Assembly: GCA_048550275.1 (NCBI GenBank)
Contig: JBLYYU010000248.1
Location: forward strand, 1 to 43,606
Source of the DNA: Polyangiales bacterium
GTDB lineage: Bacteria > Myxococcota_A > Polyangia > Polyangiales > Houyiibacteriaceae
DNA length: 43,606 bases
Reading direction: 5' to 3'
In this document: piece by piece, positions 8,731-17,769 of the stretch
Layout: every line of letters begins with the position of its first letter
Position numbering within the stretch: position 1 is the first letter of the stretch
Position numbers and translations under genes: made by a program
Notes under the pieces: model-generated
Databases searched by the model: none
The model's input: only the letters and a program-made list of their open reading frames with translations
What the model was told of the DNA's origin: nothing

Positions 8731-9285
8731 ATGGCCAAGACGTTCCAGACCTTCGAGCCCAAGCTCCGCAAGTTCATCGAAGCGCAGAAGATGTTCTTCG
8801 TCGCAACCGCGCCGATGGGCGCTGACGGTCACATCAACCTATCGCCGAAGGGCCTCCCTGGAACGTTCACCGTCTTGGATGATCAGAGTATCGCATACTT
8901 GGATTTCACCGGGAGCGGCGTCGAGACGATCGCACACGTGCGTGAGAACGGACGCATCTGCGTCATGTTCTGCGCATTCGATGGTCCACCTCGAATCGTG
9001 CGCGTCCACGGGTCTGGCGACGTCATTGAACCGGGTGACGAAGAGTTCGCAGCCTTGCGCACGAAATTCGATGAGTACCCGGGCGTCCGCGCGATCATCC
9101 GCGTGCGAGCGACTCGGATCAGTGACTCATGCGGCTACGGCGTTCCTCTATACGACTATCGAGGCGAACGCGATCAGCTCCAGCGTTGGGCCGAGAACAA
9201 GGGCCCGGACGCTGTTGCCAAGTACCAAGAGGAAAACAACGCTCAGAGCCTGGACGGGTTACCGAGCTTGCTCGGGGACCATTAG
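8731..9285 (+). CDS. Pyridoxamine 5'-phosphate oxidase-family (FMN-binding split-barrel) protein
   Basis: MAKTFQTFEPKLRKFIEAQKMFFVATAPMGADGHINLSPKG is typical of PNPOx-like proteins. I prefer the ATG at 8731 over the track's GTG at 8656, which would remove the promoter gap. Confidence 0.75.
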   Translation: MAKTFQTFEPKLRKFIEAQKMFFVATAPMGADGHINLSPKGLPGTFTVLDDQSIAYLDFTGSGVETIAHVRENGRICVMFCAFDGPPRIVRVHGSGDVIEPGDEEFAALRTKFDEYPGVRAIIRVRATRISDSCGYGVPLYDYRGERDQLQRWAENKGPDAVAKYQEENNAQSLDGLPSLLGDH

Positions 9286-10194
9286 CATCGGAATCGGTGC
9301 GATCCTCAGACAGCGTGACGCAGTGCTGCCGACAAGCAGACGGCCGAGCACACCTTGCCTGTGCGTGCCCACGACCATGACGTCCGCTTCGATGCCCTGC
9401 GCGGTTTCACACATCGCGTGAGATGCATAATCTGCCGAAACTACCTGGTGAAGCTGTGCCCCAGGCGCGTGCTCGTCGATGTACGCGGCTAGTTTCTTTC
9501 CAGCTTCGAGCTTGCTCTGGTCGCGGAGAACCTGACGCCATGTTCGTTCCTCGTCGGGCTTCTCCTCGCCACCTGCGGGAATGACGACGTTGGCAACGTG
9601 GAGCTCACCTTGCACACGAGCTGCCGCTCGCTTCGCCCAACTCACCGCCGCCAAGGCGGACGCCGAGAAGTCGGTACCGACCAGCCACGTCGTGCCGCGT
9701 AGCGCTTCGGGGATTGGTTCCTCGCCTGTGGCGACGAACACCGGCCGGTCCGCGGCGCGGATCACCCGCTGCGCGGTCGAGCCGAGAACCCGCTCCGGCG
9801 CGCCCTTGCTTTGGACCGAGCGCGCGCCGCTCGCCCCGTAAGGACCGATGGTGATGAGAAACGCGCCTCGCTCACCTGCGAGCTCGGGAATGACCCGCCA
9901 GGGCCTGCCCCGAACCACGAAGGCTTCGCAATCGACACCGGCCGCGACGCAGCGATCGCGCTCCTTTTCGAGCTCAGCCTCCAGTGCCGCCTCGTAACGT
10001 GTCGCGTCCTCCTTGGCTGCCTCCGCAGCGGCCTGCAGCTCGGCCGACTCCGGCCACCAGGAATCCGCGTCATCGAGGACGTGGACCAGGTCAATTTTGA
10101 CCCCGAACGCCTGGGCGGCTGCGATCGCGAGATCGACGGTTCGGGGCCCAGCCGAGGTCAAGTCCGTTGCGCAAAGAATGCTCGCTCCTGCCAT
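9259..10194 (-). CDS. Universal stress protein, tandem USP domains
   Basis: There are two USP-like halves: ILCATDLT...IDLVHVLDD, and WLVGTDFS...LHVANVV...MVVGTHRQGVLGRLLVGSTASRCLRIAPIPMLMV, the G-2x-G-9x-G(S/T) ATP motif. I prefer the ATG at 10194 (MAGAS) because it leaves a 62-bp divergent gap. Confidence 0.7.
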   Translation of the reverse strand: MAGASILCATDLTSAGPRTVDLAIAAAQAFGVKIDLVHVLDDADSWWPESAELQAAAEAAKEDATRYEAALEAELEKERDRCVAAGVDCEAFVVRGRPWRVIPELAGERGAFLITIGPYGASGARSVQSKGAPERVLGSTAQRVIRAADRPVFVATGEEPIPEALRGTTWLVGTDFSASALAAVSWAKRAAARVQGELHVANVVIPAGGEEKPDEERTWRQVLRDQSKLEAGKKLAAYIDEHAPGAQLHQVVSADYASHAMCETAQGIEADVMVVGTHRQGVLGRLLVGSTASRCLRIAPIPMLMVPEQAR

Positions 10195-10256
10195 GCGGGA
10201 AGCATAGATCAACCCGTTGGAGGCGCACATGGTCGGCGCTACGATGGGCATAGCCG

Positions 10257-11462
10257 ATGGACGAAGCGCCGATTTACATGGACCACCACGCTACGACGCC
10301 AGTCGACCCGCGCGTGCTGGCAGAGATGCTGCCGTTCTTCACCGAACGCTTCGGCAACGCGGCCAGTCGCTCTCACGGGCACGGCAAGGTGGCCCGGGAC
10401 GCGGCGGAGCGCGGGAGAGCCCAGCTCGCCACCCTGCTCGGCTCGAAGCCCGAAGAGCTGGTGTTCACTTCGGGAGCCACGGAGAGCGACAATCTTGCCA
10501 TCCGCGGTGTAGCGGAGGCGCGCAAACGGGATGGCAAGCACATCGTCACGGTCCGGACCGAGCACAGAGCCGTGCTGGACAGCTGTGCTGAGCTCGAGCG
10601 TCTTGGCTGGCGAGTCACCCGACTCGACGTGGACGAAGACGGGATGGTGTCCCCCGAAGCCGTCGCGGCGGCACTCACCGACGAGACCGTCTTGCTGAGC
10701 GTGATGCTCGCGAACAACGAGATCGGCGTCGTACAGCGCCTGGCCGATATAGGTTCGGTCGCGAAGGAGCGCGGCGTAACGTTCCACTGCGATGCCGCAC
10801 AAGGACTCGGCTACGTCCCCTTCTCGATCGACGAGATGCACATCGATCTGGCAAGTGTTTCGGCGCACAAGATGTACGGCCCAAAAGGCGTGGGGGCGCT
10901 CTACGTTCGTGAAGCACTTCTGTCGCAGCAAATCCCTAGCCCCCAGATGTACGGGGGCGGCCACGAACGCGGCCTGCGCTCAGGTACGCTCAATGTTCCG
11001 GGCATCGTCGGCTTCGGCGCTGCCGCGGCGATCATGAAGAACGAAGGCGCTCAGGAAGCGGAGCGCATCCAAGCCCTCAGGGACCGATTGAAGGACCGGC
11101 TGCTCTCAGTCGTCCAAGAAGCCCACCTGAACGGAGCCGCCGCACCACGGCACCCTGGAAATCTCAATCTCTCCTTTGGGTACGTCGACGGGGCAGGACT
11201 GCTGCTCGAGCTCGGCAGGGCCGTGTCGGTGTCGAGCGGAGCGGCCTGCAGCACCGCAACGCCCGGACCGAGCTATGTGCTCGAAGCGATGGGCATTCCG
11301 AAGAGTTGGAGTACTGCCTCGGTCCGCTTCGGACTCGGGCGCGACACCACGGTGGAAGAGGTCGAAGCGGTTGGAGACGCCGTGATCGAGACCGTCGCCC
11401 GACTCCGTGAGCGATCGCCCCTCTGGAATCGCAGGGAGAGCGGAAAGCCAGTCGATTGGTGA
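10257..11462 (+). CDS. Cysteine desulfurase, NifS/IscS-like (class V aminotransferase, group I)
   Basis: IYMDHHATTPVDPRV, SVSAHKMYGPKGVGALYVR (PLP Lys) and SSGAACSTATPGPSYVLEAMG (active-site Cys loop). Confidence 0.85.
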   Translation: MDEAPIYMDHHATTPVDPRVLAEMLPFFTERFGNAASRSHGHGKVARDAAERGRAQLATLLGSKPEELVFTSGATESDNLAIRGVAEARKRDGKHIVTVRTEHRAVLDSCAELERLGWRVTRLDVDEDGMVSPEAVAAALTDETVLLSVMLANNEIGVVQRLADIGSVAKERGVTFHCDAAQGLGYVPFSIDEMHIDLASVSAHKMYGPKGVGALYVREALLSQQIPSPQMYGGGHERGLRSGTLNVPGIVGFGAAAAIMKNEGAQEAERIQALRDRLKDRLLSVVQEAHLNGAAAPRHPGNLNLSFGYVDGAGLLLELGRAVSVSSGAACSTATPGPSYVLEAMGIPKSWSTASVRFGLGRDTTVEEVEAVGDAVIETVARLRERSPLWNRRESGKPVDW

Positions 11463-11512
11463 GGGAAGCTCCGAGCTGGCGGAAGCGGGCCCCGCGCCTT
11501 AGATAGAGGCAG

Positions 11513-11857
11513 ATGAGCGAAGCACAGAGCATAACCCTGACGCCACGAGCGGTGGAGATGGCCAAACAGAAGGTCGCCGACGCGGACGCGCCCGTCGAAG
11601 GGTTGCGACTGGGCGTCAAGGGTGGGGGCTGCTCGGGCTACTACTACGTCTATGACTTCGCGAAGAAGATCCGGCCGACTAAGGATTTGGTGTTCGAGTT
11701 CGACGGGCTCAAAGTCATCGTCGACAATCGGAGTATCGAATTTCTGGCGGGCGCAACGCTCGACTGGGAGCAGAGCCTGATGAGCTACGGCTTCAAGTGG
11801 AAGAACCCGAACGCAACGGGCGACTGCGGCTGTGGCGAGTCCTTCGAGGTCGACTAA
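11513..11857 (+). CDS. Iron-sulfur cluster insertion/A-type carrier protein (HesB/IscA/ErpA family)
   Basis: GVKGGGCSGYYY...NPNATGDCGCGESFEV gives the three conserved Cys of A-type carriers. It lies 50 bp downstream of the desulfurase. Confidence 0.85.
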   Translation: MSEAQSITLTPRAVEMAKQKVADADAPVEGLRLGVKGGGCSGYYYVYDFAKKIRPTKDLVFEFDGLKVIVDNRSIEFLAGATLDWEQSLMSYGFKWKNPNATGDCGCGESFEVD

Positions 11858-13080
11858 AAACCGTCTTGCGGCGGAACCGGAATCGGGTTGGGCAGGTTGA
11901 CGAAGGCCTGCAAGTCCTCGGCCGTGCACTCTTCTGGGAGCTGTTCGGGCGAGTTGAGCTCTACGGAACGACAGCAACGGTCGAACGCGGGATCGAGGCC
12001 CGATTGCTGCCCGGCACAGGGCTGTGGAGTTGGGAGCTCGACAGGTGCCACGAGATCAGCGATTCGCGCGCGAGCGCCCTGGAACGTGATCGCAACGCCG
12101 ATAGCGGTGCATTCGTCCTCGGAGCCGCCGGCGCCTTCGTCCGCACGGAGATCGAGATGATCGGTGAGCAGTCCGATGACGCTTTCTTGAAGGGTTTCGT
12201 TGCAGATCCCGACTGGCTCGAGAGCGCTGACGAGCTTGCCAGCCGGGAATCGTCCCGCGATGAGGCCTTTGTCGAGCGACTGCCCATCTTCGCTGAGATC
12301 GGCGATCAGGAATCCTTTGAGTGTGATGGAAAAGGTTCCGGGGCCCGTCGGAAGCACGATTGTCGAATCGGTATCGAGAGGAAGCACGATGCGGCCGCTC
12401 GCAATGTACGCGTCGCTCTTCCAGATCACCGGTCGATCGAGGTCCCCGCCAATCAACGTGGACGGATCGACGAAAAAGTAGTCCTCACCGTCCCAGGCCG
12501 GATCCGGGGCATCATCGATGCTGTCAGGGAGGACGAGGTCGGAGCCGTTGGGTCCCGACCACTCGAGCTCGGAGATATCGTCCAGTGACGTCCCGTCGAC
12601 CGAGACGAATGAAGACACTTCGACTCTCGCGTCATTCGGAGTGCCGTTCCAATCGCGAAGCCGAATGAGAACCGTGCCGCGACCCGAGCCCTGATTGAGG
12701 GCGATGTTGTCTTCGAGGCATGGGATCAAGCTCACGACCGTAGGCAAGACGTACTGCCCGAACGCATTGTCGATCCCTTTTTCGCCATCGAGTGGTGGAC
12801 GCCCGCTCGAGCCGACGCATTCCGCTGCGTCGGCGACCGACGCCGTGTTCATTCCGTCCAGGTCCAAGCCAAAGCGCCGCCAGCGGTCACCCGATTGATC
12901 GAGCGAGACGTCGTGCACAGCGAAGACCGCCTCGACGTCGTCATCATCCGAGGTCGTTACCATGGGCGGCCGCGCCGGGACCCCTGCAAGCCCCTTCTCC
13001 ACGAGATTGGAGTCGTACACGCTGCACGCCGAGGCGGTCAGGGCGAGGAACACGAGCGGTAGGTAGATCCGGGATTTCAT
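11854..13080 (-). CDS. Cys-rich lipoprotein of unknown function (paralog A)
   Basis: The ATG at 13080 gives MKSRIYLPLVFLALTASAC, a signal peptide plus lipobox. It shares collinear blocks with 15302-16606 (CSVYDS, GIDNA, PCLEDN.AL.QG.G.GTVL, PDPAW, the CC motif near the C-terminus). Confidence 0.6.
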   Translation of the reverse strand: MKSRIYLPLVFLALTASACSVYDSNLVEKGLAGVPARPPMVTTSDDDDVEAVFAVHDVSLDQSGDRWRRFGLDLDGMNTASVADAAECVGSSGRPPLDGEKGIDNAFGQYVLPTVVSLIPCLEDNIALNQGSGRGTVLIRLRDWNGTPNDARVEVSSFVSVDGTSLDDISELEWSGPNGSDLVLPDSIDDAPDPAWDGEDYFFVDPSTLIGGDLDRPVIWKSDAYIASGRIVLPLDTDSTIVLPTGPGTFSITLKGFLIADLSEDGQSLDKGLIAGRFPAGKLVSALEPVGICNETLQESVIGLLTDHLDLRADEGAGGSEDECTAIGVAITFQGARARIADLVAPVELPTPQPCAGQQSGLDPAFDRCCRSVELNSPEQLPEECTAEDLQAFVNLPNPIPVPPQDGF

Positions 13081-13134
13081 GCAATTGCGGTTCCGCAACA
13101 CAGACCATAATCTAGCACCTACAGAATAAAGCAG

Positions 13135-13162
13135 CCTCACAGGATTTCCAGGGATTGTGAGG
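13135..13162 (-). terminator. Possible intrinsic terminator after the BASS transporter gene
   Basis: 7-bp perfect stem cctcaca / tgtgagg with a 14-nt loop. On the minus strand it is followed by the U-rich cugcuuuauucu. It lies 28 bp downstream of the 13190 stop. Confidence 0.35.
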
Positions 13163-13189
13163 AATCTCGCAAAAACGCCGGTCGAGGCG

Positions 13190-14179
13190 CTACGGTCGTT
13201 GGCGTTCAGGGGCCGGGGGGGCGTCGATGGGCGGCCTCCGAGACCAGACCGCCGCCACGGCGCTTCCGATGATGCAGTGGCTGATCGCCGAGATGGCGCT
13301 TGGTATCGCGGTCAGCGGGTTGGCGAAATGTGCCTGAGCGAGCACGGCGCCGAGACCGGAGTTCTGCATCCCGACCTCGATCGATATGGTCCGCGCAACG
13401 CTTCCGAAGCCACCACTGAAGCCACCGAACGAGTAGCCGAGGAGGAAGCCCATGGCGTGCGTCGTGACAACGGCGCCGAGAAGCTGCAGGCCGGAGTCGA
13501 GAACGGCGTCCTTTTGAGCGCCGAGGATCGCGGAAACGATCAAGACGATCATCAGCACGGCTGCCCCTGGCGCGACGGGGAGAAGTTTCTCCGTGAGCTT
13601 AGGGAGGTAGCGGCGCATGACGAGTCCGACCGCGACGGGAAGAAGGACGACCTTTGCCGTGCTCAGAAACAAGCCCCAGCCGTCGACGTCGACTCTGCTC
13701 CCGACAATCCATGTGGTGAGGAGCGGCGTGCAGGCGGCTGCAAGCATCGTCGAGAACGCCGTCATCGAAACCGAGAGCGCGACGTCGGCTTTGGCCAGGT
13801 AGGCGATTACGTTGGACGCCGTGCCACCCGGACAGCAACAGACGAGCACCAGCCCAACCGCGAACACGGTGGGCAGTTGAAACAAGTAGCCCACCCCCCA
13901 ACCCAGCAGGGGCATGACGGTGTACTGCAGAAGCACCCCCCAGAGAATCGGCGCCGGCGCCCGCAAAACCCTGGAGAAATCGGAAAGCTGAAGGGTAAGC
14001 CCCATGCCCAGCATGATGATTTGCAGACCGGGGCTGATCAGTCCGTAGTCGAGGAACCACTGGAACGCCGGCGGATAGATCAGCGCGACGACACCACCGA
14101 GAGTGACCCACAGCGGAAAGAGCCTGACGAAAACAGCCACGAGGTCGGCATGTAGCACAGGGCATTGTAGTTCGGGCAA
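13190..14179 (-). CDS. Bile acid:sodium symporter (BASS/SBF-like) family transporter
   Basis: Polytopic membrane protein with LQIIMLGMGLTL, LLQYTVMPLLGW and CCPGGTASNVIAYLAKADVALSVSMTAFST blocks typical of BASS. The start is uncertain: TTG at 14179, or in-frame GTG at 14158 or 14140. Confidence 0.8.
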   Translation of the reverse strand: MPELQCPVLHADLVAVFVRLFPLWVTLGGVVALIYPPAFQWFLDYGLISPGLQIIMLGMGLTLQLSDFSRVLRAPAPILWGVLLQYTVMPLLGWGVGYLFQLPTVFAVGLVLVCCCPGGTASNVIAYLAKADVALSVSMTAFSTMLAAACTPLLTTWIVGSRVDVDGWGLFLSTAKVVLLPVAVGLVMRRYLPKLTEKLLPVAPGAAVLMIVLIVSAILGAQKDAVLDSGLQLLGAVVTTHAMGFLLGYSFGGFSGGFGSVARTISIEVGMQNSGLGAVLAQAHFANPLTAIPSAISAISHCIIGSAVAAVWSRRPPIDAPPAPERQRP

Positions 14180-14220
14180 GGGAGACGCCGTGGTGCTTCC
14201 ATGCTAGAAAGCCGTCTCTC

Positions 14221-15288
14221 ATGTTCCGCCCCCCTACTGACGACGTACGGATCCAGGACCTTCGTCCGCTGATCCCGCCAGCAATCTTGATGGAGGAAAT
14301 CCATCCCGGCGAAGAAGCCATCGGGCGCATCGCGAAAGCGCGCACAGAGATCAGTGACGTCGTCCACGGCCGCGACGACCGCCTGCTCGTCGTCGTAGGT
14401 CCATGTTCGATTCACGATCCGGACGCCGCGCTCGACTACGCAAAGCGGCTCAAGGGCTTGCGCGAGCGGCACTCCAAAGATCTCGTGATCGTCATGCGCA
14501 CGTACTTCGAGAAGCCGCGGACGACTGTCGGTTGGAAGGGGCTAATCAACGACCCCAACCTCGACGACAGCTTCGACATCAATCACGGGCTGCGTGTGGC
14601 GCGAGGCTTCCTGAGCACGCTCGCGGAAATGGACTTGCCGACGGGCACCGAGTTCCTCGACCCGATCTCGCCGCAGTTCGTCGCCGACTTGGTGTCCTGG
14701 GGCGCGATCGGCGCGCGGACCACCGAAAGCCAGGTCCATCGCGAGCTCGCCAGCGGCCTTTCGATGCCGGTTGGGTTCAAAAACGGAACACGCGGGACCG
14801 TGATCATTGCCGTCGAGGCGGTTCGCGCAGCGCGCAACCCACATCACTTCCTTTCGGTGACGAAGCAAGGGCTAACCGCGATCGTCGCGACGAAGGGCAA
14901 CCTCGATTGCCACGTGATCCTCCGAGGCGGTGCGGGGAAACCAAACTACGGGGCCGAGCACGTGGCCTCCACAGTGGAGATGCTCGAAGCCGCGGGCCTC
15001 GAAGGGCGAGTCATGGTCGACTGCAGCCACGCCAACAGCCACAAGGATCATGAGAAGCAAGCGGGCGTCGCGATGCAGATTGGCGAGCAGATCGCGGAGG
15101 GAAGCACGGGTGTGTTCGGCGTGATGCTCGAGAGCTTCCTCGAAGGGGGCCGTCAGAACAACGAGCCGGGCACCGAGCTCACATACGGGCAGAGCATCAC
15201 CGACGCCTGCATGAGCTGGGACGCGACCGTGCCGGTCATCGACGGTCTGGCCGACTCCGTGCGCAAGCGCCGAAGCGCGGGCGCCTGA
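14221..15288 (+). CDS. 3-deoxy-7-phosphoheptulonate (DAHP) synthase, class I (AroF/G/H type)
   Basis: DDVRIQDLRPLIPPAILMEE, LLVVVGPCSIHD, KPRTTVGWKGLINDP and MVDCSHANS are class-I DAHPS signatures. The isozyme cannot be assigned. Confidence 0.9.
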   Translation: MFRPPTDDVRIQDLRPLIPPAILMEEIHPGEEAIGRIAKARTEISDVVHGRDDRLLVVVGPCSIHDPDAALDYAKRLKGLRERHSKDLVIVMRTYFEKPRTTVGWKGLINDPNLDDSFDINHGLRVARGFLSTLAEMDLPTGTEFLDPISPQFVADLVSWGAIGARTTESQVHRELASGLSMPVGFKNGTRGTVIIAVEAVRAARNPHHFLSVTKQGLTAIVATKGNLDCHVILRGGAGKPNYGAEHVASTVEMLEAAGLEGRVMVDCSHANSHKDHEKQAGVAMQIGEQIAEGSTGVFGVMLESFLEGGRQNNEPGTELTYGQSITDACMSWDATVPVIDGLADSVRKRRSAGA

Positions 15289-15301
15289 CTCGAAACGAGG
15301 C

Positions 15302-16606
15302 CTAGTACGGCGCGGGAGCCGGGACCGGAATCTCGGTCGCACTCGCTCGCGCGTCGAAGCGAGCAGCCTTGACGACCTTCGCAGGCGAATCGCAGGTTTC
15401 GAAGCGCGGTTTGCCTTTGCTCCATTCGCTCGGACAGCAGAGGTCAGGGACGAGCGGCTGCACCTGTTCGCAGGGCTCGAGGCTCGATCGCGAGGACGTG
15501 CCGAGGCCGCCAATCTGACCGGCGACGGCGCTGAATGTCACACCCACACTGAACGCGTCGCACTCGAGGCCTGCCCCGTCGTCCTCCGGCAGCCCGGGGA
15601 TGTCGGCGAACTGGCCCAAAAGAGTGCGCATCAGCTCGGCGTCGAACGTGCACATACCGACTTTGGGTGTGATCTCGCTCAGTCGCTCGAGGGTGAGTCG
15701 ACCTGCGAAAAGACCGTGTTCGAGCCGACTCAGATCAGGGCTGAGGTCACCCATGATGTACCCGCCATTGACGACGATGGTCATGTCACCGTCGGTCGGG
15801 ATGGTGCCGTCGCCAGCGATCAGCTTGAAACCCGTCTCTGGCAGCAGCGGAACTACTAGCCGCCCGAACGCGACGTACCCGTCCACTTGACGGGTCTTCG
15901 GCAGGTCGAGGCTTGGTTTTCCGGTTTCGTCCGAGTCAAAGTCGGCCGGGTCGAGGTACCAGGAGTCGCCACCGACCCACGCCGGATCGGGAGCTTCTAC
16001 GCTCTGCTCTCCGTCGAGGTAGACCAGATTCACTGGATCTTGGCTTCCGAATCCGACCAACGACGGGTCCTCGCTCGTGCCGTCCACCGTATTCGTGAGA
16101 ACCACCGACACGTGGGCGTCGTCGGCCCGCCCGTTCCAACCCTGAACCCATAGGAGCACCGTCCCGATTCCCCGTCCTTGCGTCAGCGCGAGGTTGTCTT
16201 CGAGGCAGGGCAGCGCGGTCTCCGTGGTGGGCAGCAACAGCGCTCCAATCGCGTTGTCGATCCCCCTCTCGCCGTCCGGCACCGACTGGCCGACCACTTC
16301 TCCTTCGTCCGTTGGCGGGTCACACGTAGCGGTGCTCGGACCGGTGGTCATCGTTCCATCGAGGTCGATTCCGATTTTTGCAGCTAGCTCCGCGGTCTGC
16401 CCGAGAAAGATGTCGTTGAGCGCAAACACCAGCGACTCCGCGTCGTCGGGTGAGCTGCTGCTGGCCCCCGGGCGATCGGGAACGCCGGCCACTCCACCTT
16501 CGATGAGGGCGGAGTCGTAGACCGAGCACCCAAAGGTGAAGGCGAGCGCGCACAGGCCGAACCTGCGGCCGAGCCGGCGCCATCCGTCGCGATCTGTCCC
16601 CCTCAC
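15302..16606 (-). CDS. Cys-rich lipoprotein of unknown function (paralog B)
   Basis: GTG at 16606 is the first start codon after the upstream gene's stop (16647). It gives VRGTDRDGWRRLGRRFGLCALAFTFGC, a signal peptide plus lipobox. The mature N-terminus CSVYDSALIEGGVAGVPDRP mirrors paralog A (CSVYDSNLVEKGLAGVPARP). Confidence 0.55.
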   Translation of the reverse strand: MRGTDRDGWRRLGRRFGLCALAFTFGCSVYDSALIEGGVAGVPDRPGASSSSPDDAESLVFALNDIFLGQTAELAAKIGIDLDGTMTTGPSTATCDPPTDEGEVVGQSVPDGERGIDNAIGALLLPTTETALPCLEDNLALTQGRGIGTVLLWVQGWNGRADDAHVSVVLTNTVDGTSEDPSLVGFGSQDPVNLVYLDGEQSVEAPDPAWVGGDSWYLDPADFDSDETGKPSLDLPKTRQVDGYVAFGRLVVPLLPETGFKLIAGDGTIPTDGDMTIVVNGGYIMGDLSPDLSRLEHGLFAGRLTLERLSEITPKVGMCTFDAELMRTLLGQFADIPGLPEDDGAGLECDAFSVGVTFSAVAGQIGGLGTSSRSSLEPCEQVQPLVPDLCCPSEWSKGKPRFETCDSPAKVVKAARFDARASATEIPVPAPAPY

Positions 16607-16646
16607 TACTACAGGGTAGCAAGCGGGTGGGAAGGGCCCAAAGACA

Positions 16647-17648
<1,002 letters not shown>

Positions 17649-17769
17649 CGCAGCCTCCAAGAGTTCGAACTAGACGGTTTGCCCCGCGGATTCAAGGGGC
17701 TGGCCGTCTTGACAATCTTCTGCAATTCGTGCCACGAGCGTCAGTCCACCGACGCTGCCCGATGAAGCC

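Noticed and set aside
10239-10964. 241-aa minus-strand ORF, with similar ORFs at 11273-11977, 13157-14155 (+), 13599-14345 (-), 14872-15513 (-) and 20076-21035 (-).
   Set aside because: All overlap well-supported genes on the other strand (desulfurase, IscA, BASS, DAHP synthase, DUF1015) and have shadow-ORF composition.
17700-17740. TTGACA hexamer at about 17710 as a sigma-70 -35 box for the PEP-utilising enzyme gene.
   Set aside because: No acceptable -10 hexamer lies at 16-18 bp spacing, so the evidence is too weak to annotate.
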